Shown here: positions 59,179 through 64,000 of the stretch, in pieces
How positions within the stretch are numbered: position 1 is the stretch's first letter
Layout of the letters: every line of letters begins with the position of its first letter
Source of the DNA: the human T2T-CHM13v2.0 reference genome, Homo sapiens
Strand: one strand, 5' to 3'
Assembly (NCBI RefSeq): GCF_009914755.1
Contig: NC_060927.1
DNA length: 64,000 nt
Notes under the pieces: model-generated
Databases searched by the model: none
Seen by the model: the letters and a program-made list of their open reading frames with translations, nothing else
What the model was told of the DNA's origin: nothing
Program-made: the position numbers and the translations under genes

Positions 59179-59915
59179 CTTATCTTAATCCCAAATATGA
59201 TAGTACAGGATAACATTAAGGTTGTTTGACCTAAGGGCAGGATTTAGTAAGTATGTGAAAGAAATCTCAGAAGAATTCCCGCAACTGGGGTTAATTAGCA
59301 TCCAAGATGAAGTTGTTTTACCCTTCACAGGGGTGGAAGTCCAGACTTCCCATATGGTCTCCACTGACATGGGGACATGATATGGTGGGAAGGTCTCACT
59401 GCCTCCCACCAGGGATGCTTCCTACGTGGCCTTTTCTGACATCACCCTGGACAGAGTGTGCTTCCTTTACAGCTTGGCAGATGTTAGAGGTCTAGGCTGT
59501 CCACTCGACATTTGCTGGCATGAATGGGGGTGGGCCTGCAGTATTTTCTGTGGTGTTTGGCTGGAGTAGACAGTTGTCTGAAAGCTTTCTGTCTTGCTAG
59601 GCTGCCTCTGTCCTGGTTCCTTGGCTAGAGAGAGGAGTTCTTTTTTGGAGATTATTTTTTTTTTTTGGTCTGAATTCAGCATTTCCAGGTAGCTGGCTTC
59701 TTCAGCTCCAAGTCAGGGATCTATGAAGCAAAGAGAAAACCCAGGGAACTCACCACCATGGCATTCCTTAGGTCCCAAGGTCTCTAGCTGGTCTGGCTTC
59801 GCTTCGTCTTTTAGAGTGTTATATTTGTTTTATATATAATGTCCAGTGTTTCTAGTTGCATTCTGTGGGAGGCATAGGGAGAAGTATGTCTATCTTCCCA
59901 GAAGCAGAAGTCTCC
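58210..59915 (-). mobile_element. Old L1M 5'/ORF1-region fragment
   Basis: 'ttttcagccattatttctt', 'tcccacaggtctctgagg', 'ttccagttcactgattctttcct' L1M reverse-complement motifs. Confidence 0.65.
59139..59178. repeat. (CA)n microsatellite
   Basis: About 20 AC units. Confidence 0.95.
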
Positions 59916-60590
59916 AATACAATGTGATTTTATTTATGTAAATTTTAAAAGTTGTATGTATTGTCACAGATATACATACTTTTAATAAATGTATGCATAT
60001 ATAAACTGGAAGGATATATAGTTAATTCACCATGGTGTTTATAACTGATCTTCCCTGATCACTACCACCCAATCTCTGTTTCCTCACACTTCTTTAGTTT
60101 TTTCTTATGGCATCTAGTATTGTCTGCCCTCATGTTGTGTGTTTATTTGTTTATTGTCTTTTTCCTCATACTAGAATGAAAACTCCAAGAGGGCAGGAAC
60201 ATTATCCATCCTGCTCACTGTTGCATCCTTAACACTTAGAATATGTAGTAAGCACTCAATAAGCATGTACTGAGTGAATAAATTAATGAAAAAGTGAGTA
60301 AGAAAGGGGATAAAATGTATCAGTACTTTCTCTGTAATTAAAAACAAAACATTTTGAAAAGACTGAGAATATCACCTCTTTCTCCAATGAGAAGGCACAT
60401 GGAAATGCAAGGGAGTATGAGAAACACAGTTATGGGCAGAATATGGACTCTTATTTTATAAGTCAATTAATCACAAATACTGCTATTTTAAGGAACCAAT
60501 TACTTGTAACACAACTCACAACTGATCAAGACACACCAGTGGGAATGAGTACAGCTGGAAAAAGCTCTCTATTGTTTTAATTCCTACTTT

Positions 60591-61232
60591 ATTATTATTG
60601 TTTTTTTAAATTTTTTAAACAACTTTTAGGTTCAGAGGTACATGTGCAGCTTTGTTATATAGGTAAACTCGTGTCATAGGGGTTTGTCGTAGAGATTATT
60701 TTATCACCCAGGTACTAAGCCTAGTACTCAATAGTTATTTTTTCTGATCCTCTCCAGATGCTGGCAAGGTTGCGGAGCAAAGGGAACACTTATACACTGT
60801 TGATGGGAGTGTAAATTAGTTCAACCATTGTGGAAAGCAGTGTGGTGATTCCTCAAAGAGCTAAAAACAGAACTACTATTTGACCCAGCAATCCCATTAC
60901 CAGGTATATACGCAAAGGAACATAAAGACATATGCACCTGAATGTTTACTGAAGCACTATTCACAATACCAAAGACATGGAATCAACCTAAATGCTCATC
61001 AATGACAGATTGGGTAAAGAAAATGTGGTACAGATGCACCATGGAATACTATGCAGCTGTAAAAAAGAATGAGATCATGTCTTTTGCAGAAAAATGGATG
61101 GAACTGGAGGCCATTTTCCCTAGCAAACAACTACAGGAACAGAAAACCAAATATCACATGTTCTCACATACAAGTAGCAGCCACATAATGAGAACTCATG
61201 AACACAAAAAGGGGAACAACAGACCCTGGGGC
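60591..61232. mobile_element. L1 (old L1PA/L1PB-like) with twin-priming inversion
   Basis: 3' end on - (60591-60755), ORF2-end segment on + (60755-61232); TSD attcct(a/t)cttt. Confidence 0.88.
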
Positions 61233-61395
61233 ATTCCTTCTTTTCTAGATAAGTTTTTCTTTTGGGATTTGAGCCTCTTTGATTTGAAATTTAGCATAGG
61301 CCCAGAAGAAGACTCTGTCCTCTGAGTTTAATTTTTCCTAATCTCCTGGAGAGGCAGCATTGGCTACTAGCTAAGAGTACAGCCCCTGGGGCCAA

Positions 61396-61739
61396 TGCTA
61401 TGGAGTGAATGTGTCTCCCAAAATTTGTGTGTTGGAAACTTAATCCCCAGCACAACAGTGTTGGGTAGTGAGGCCTTTGGGGAGGTGTTTAGATCCTAAG
61501 GGCTTCGCCCTCATAAATGGATTAATGCCACTATAAAAAGGGCTTGTGGGAGTGGATTTTCTCTCTCTTGCCCTTCTGCCTTCCACCATGTGAGGACACA
61601 AAAAGAAGTTCCACACCAGATGCTGGCATCTTGATCTTGGACTCCCCAGGCTTCAGAACTGTGAGAAATAAATTTCTGTTCTTTATTAATTACTCAGTCT
61701 CTGATATTCTGTCATAGCAGCACAGAACAGACTAAGAAA
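61396..61739 (+). mobile_element. MSTD/MLT1A-like solo LTR inside a MIR (~61350-61930)
   Basis: tgctatgg...cagactaagaaa; TSD gcca(a/g); MIR core 'gcctcatttttcccatctataaaatgggaataataatag' resumes afterwards. Confidence 0.8.
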
Positions 61740-64000
61740 GCCAGTCTGTCAGTGTTCAAGTTCTGGCTTGACCATTTGCTCACTAGGCAAGGGAACTAAT
61801 CTGTAAGCCTCATTTTTCCCATCTATAAAATGGGAATAATAATAGCATCTACCTCTAAGCGTGGCTGTAGATTGAATTACTACTTATAAAATGCTTAGAA
61901 TGGTGTCTGAAACACAGTAAGAGCTCAATTAAAATTGTCTATTGCCAGCCTCTTGTTAATAGCTTATAAGATTGAAATTATTAATTATTAACTATTAACA
62001 TGCAAGAGTGCCAGGTAAAATGCAGGTTGAACAAAACTAAAGCCAGGCACTTTTGTGGTTGGCCACAATAGGCAAGATGCTAATGACTATGGTCACCAAC
62101 TGCCCAGAACCAACCCCTGCCAATGCCAGGAAGACCTTACAGAGAAGAGCCTAAGCCAAAAGAGGTGCCCACGTTCGCCTGGAGGTTGGCAAAGGGAAGA
62201 CTCATTAAAAAAGACAAGCAAAGACTGCAGGGAGGGGCTTCACCAATCTGGCTGTCCTTTCCAGCCCTTGTTGTTTTCTCACACACTGTCCTGCCTTGAG
62301 AGCAGGATTTCCTTCCTTTCCCTCTGACCTCAGAGGCACCCCACTCTAAGTGGGTCTATTTCATCTCTCTGTGCCCTCATCCTGCAGGGATCCTTGAGAT
62401 GCTGTGTCAAGCTGAACTCTAGTGTTTGCAAAGCTAATGATCACTTGGAGCAGCCAGGGCTTCTCTGGGGCAGGCCCGAAGGAAAGCTCAGGAGGGGGCC
62501 CCTGCTTTAACCTTGGCTCTAAGTCTGTTGGAGAAAACTCAGGATTTCCTGAGCCTAAAGCCAGAATTGCCATCAGGTTCTCTATTAGTCCTATTTGTGT
62601 TCTATTAGTCTGTTGGTGACCACCTTGCTGCATTACCCTGGGATAATCCAGGCTTGTTTTGCTCTACCCTAGGTCTGTGAGGTGAATGGCTGCCCAGTAA
62701 TCCTACTGCCAGTATTCAATGAGAATACACATGCTCACTTTGTTCCTGCCTGTGTCAACCGTAGCAGCTTCGCAGTCTTAACCACTGGGTCTAACCTTCT
62801 TGGCCTTTTCCTTTTACCTCAACTCTGCTCAGTCTCGAACTTGCCCTTCATTCCTGACCTTTGATTATATTCTCTCAGAGTTAACCCTAATTCTGGCCTC
62901 CAGGGCTCCGTAACTATTATTCACAACCAACCCTTGGACGAAGCCTGATCCCAGCTGTCCCAAGGAATCATCCTGTTTGGTCCAGACCTGACCCCTGGAT
63001 CCTGCCCCATCACAGGCTCTTGAGGCTGGTTGGGGAGGGAATGGAACTGGTTCATGGGGCCTGGTTGTATGCTTGAGGCTGACACTGTCATATATAATGA
63101 ACCTAAGCCCACATGGCACTGTCCACCCCAGCCATGGCTGAATCAGAGGGGAGGCCAAGAGTTTGTGAGTGGAGCACCAGATGAGTCTGATAGAAACTTT
63201 CAGACCCCTGTAGGTGGGGAGCTAGACTTGAGCTTCTTACATAAACCCAGGAGGCACTGAAGACTGGTCCATCCATTAAACCAGAAGTAAAAAAAACAAA
63301 AACCAAAGACCAAAACCCTCTGCTATCCAGTCTGGGAAAGCAGAAGAAGCTGCACTTTGCCCCGGTCAGTGGATAGAAGAAGAGTTGCCTGTGAGCAATT
63401 CGAGGCTGAGCCTGAACTGTGTGCGTGTGTGAAGTTCAGATTCACACCACGTGAGTGATGCAGGAACATAAAGTCATGCAGGAACTCCAGGCAAGGAGTG
63501 GAACATAAACACTGCCCTGAAGCCCTCAGAATCCCAGCATAAGCTGATGAGAAGCTAAAAGATGCCTGCATATCCCAGGGTGCTGGAACTTCCATGGAGA
63601 ATCACCCTGCTGAAGACGAGCTAGCGGGAAAGATTCCAAGCCATGAGAAGAAATGAATTCGTGAGAGGGAGCAGCCACAGACACACAAATAAGATTGCAT
63701 CCCAAGAAGGAGAGATGATAAAACAATCTGGAAGAAACCTTAACATAGGTACACAGAAGAAAGTGCTGGTGTCATGAGAGCCAAGAGGAGGAGCACCTAA
63801 CTGATCATTGAGAGAGTGACACCTGGTCTTAGGCTTAGAAGAGGAGTAGAAGAGAGCCAGTGAAGTCAGGGAAGGCTTCCAAGGCAAAAGGACCAGCAAA
63901 AGGTAAGAAATAGTCCAGTTTGTGTGAATGTGAGCCCACAGCAAGTGAGAGCTGCTGACGAAGTGTGAGGCAAGTGCGGGAGGCGAGGCTAGAGGCAGAT

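Overview
Human (primate) genomic DNA, not microbial. Bases ~1-44.3 kb are the 3' part of GOLGA4 (golgin-245/p230, a trans-Golgi GRIP-domain golgin) on the + strand. I reconstructed 11 exons with GT-AG boundaries and consistent phases: a 4,238-nt coiled-coil exon, a 21-nt microexon (VTIMELQ), the GRIP exons, a 63-nt cassette that switches the C-terminus (FTSPRSGIF* vs SWLRSSS*), and the terminal exon with its AATAAA. The introns hold about 25 Alus, old L1s, a full-length Tigger1 with a nested THE1 solo LTR, and a tailless 5S retropseudogene. Downstream is a ~10-kb decayed ERV1 provirus with nested insertions. The most unusual signals are: (i) an MST (MaLR) element shaped like its own mRNA (R-U5-int-U3-R, long TSD), suggesting L1-mediated retroposition; (ii) the microexon caged by a close inverted Alu pair and starting with a latent 5' splice site; (iii) a possible relic duplicate of the 63-nt C-terminal exon (FTIPCYFIL*); (iv) ACUAAC motifs on both sides of the NMD-escaping C-terminal switch exon. 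Repeat subfamily names come from remembered consensus sequences and are provisional, and repeat edges are approximate.
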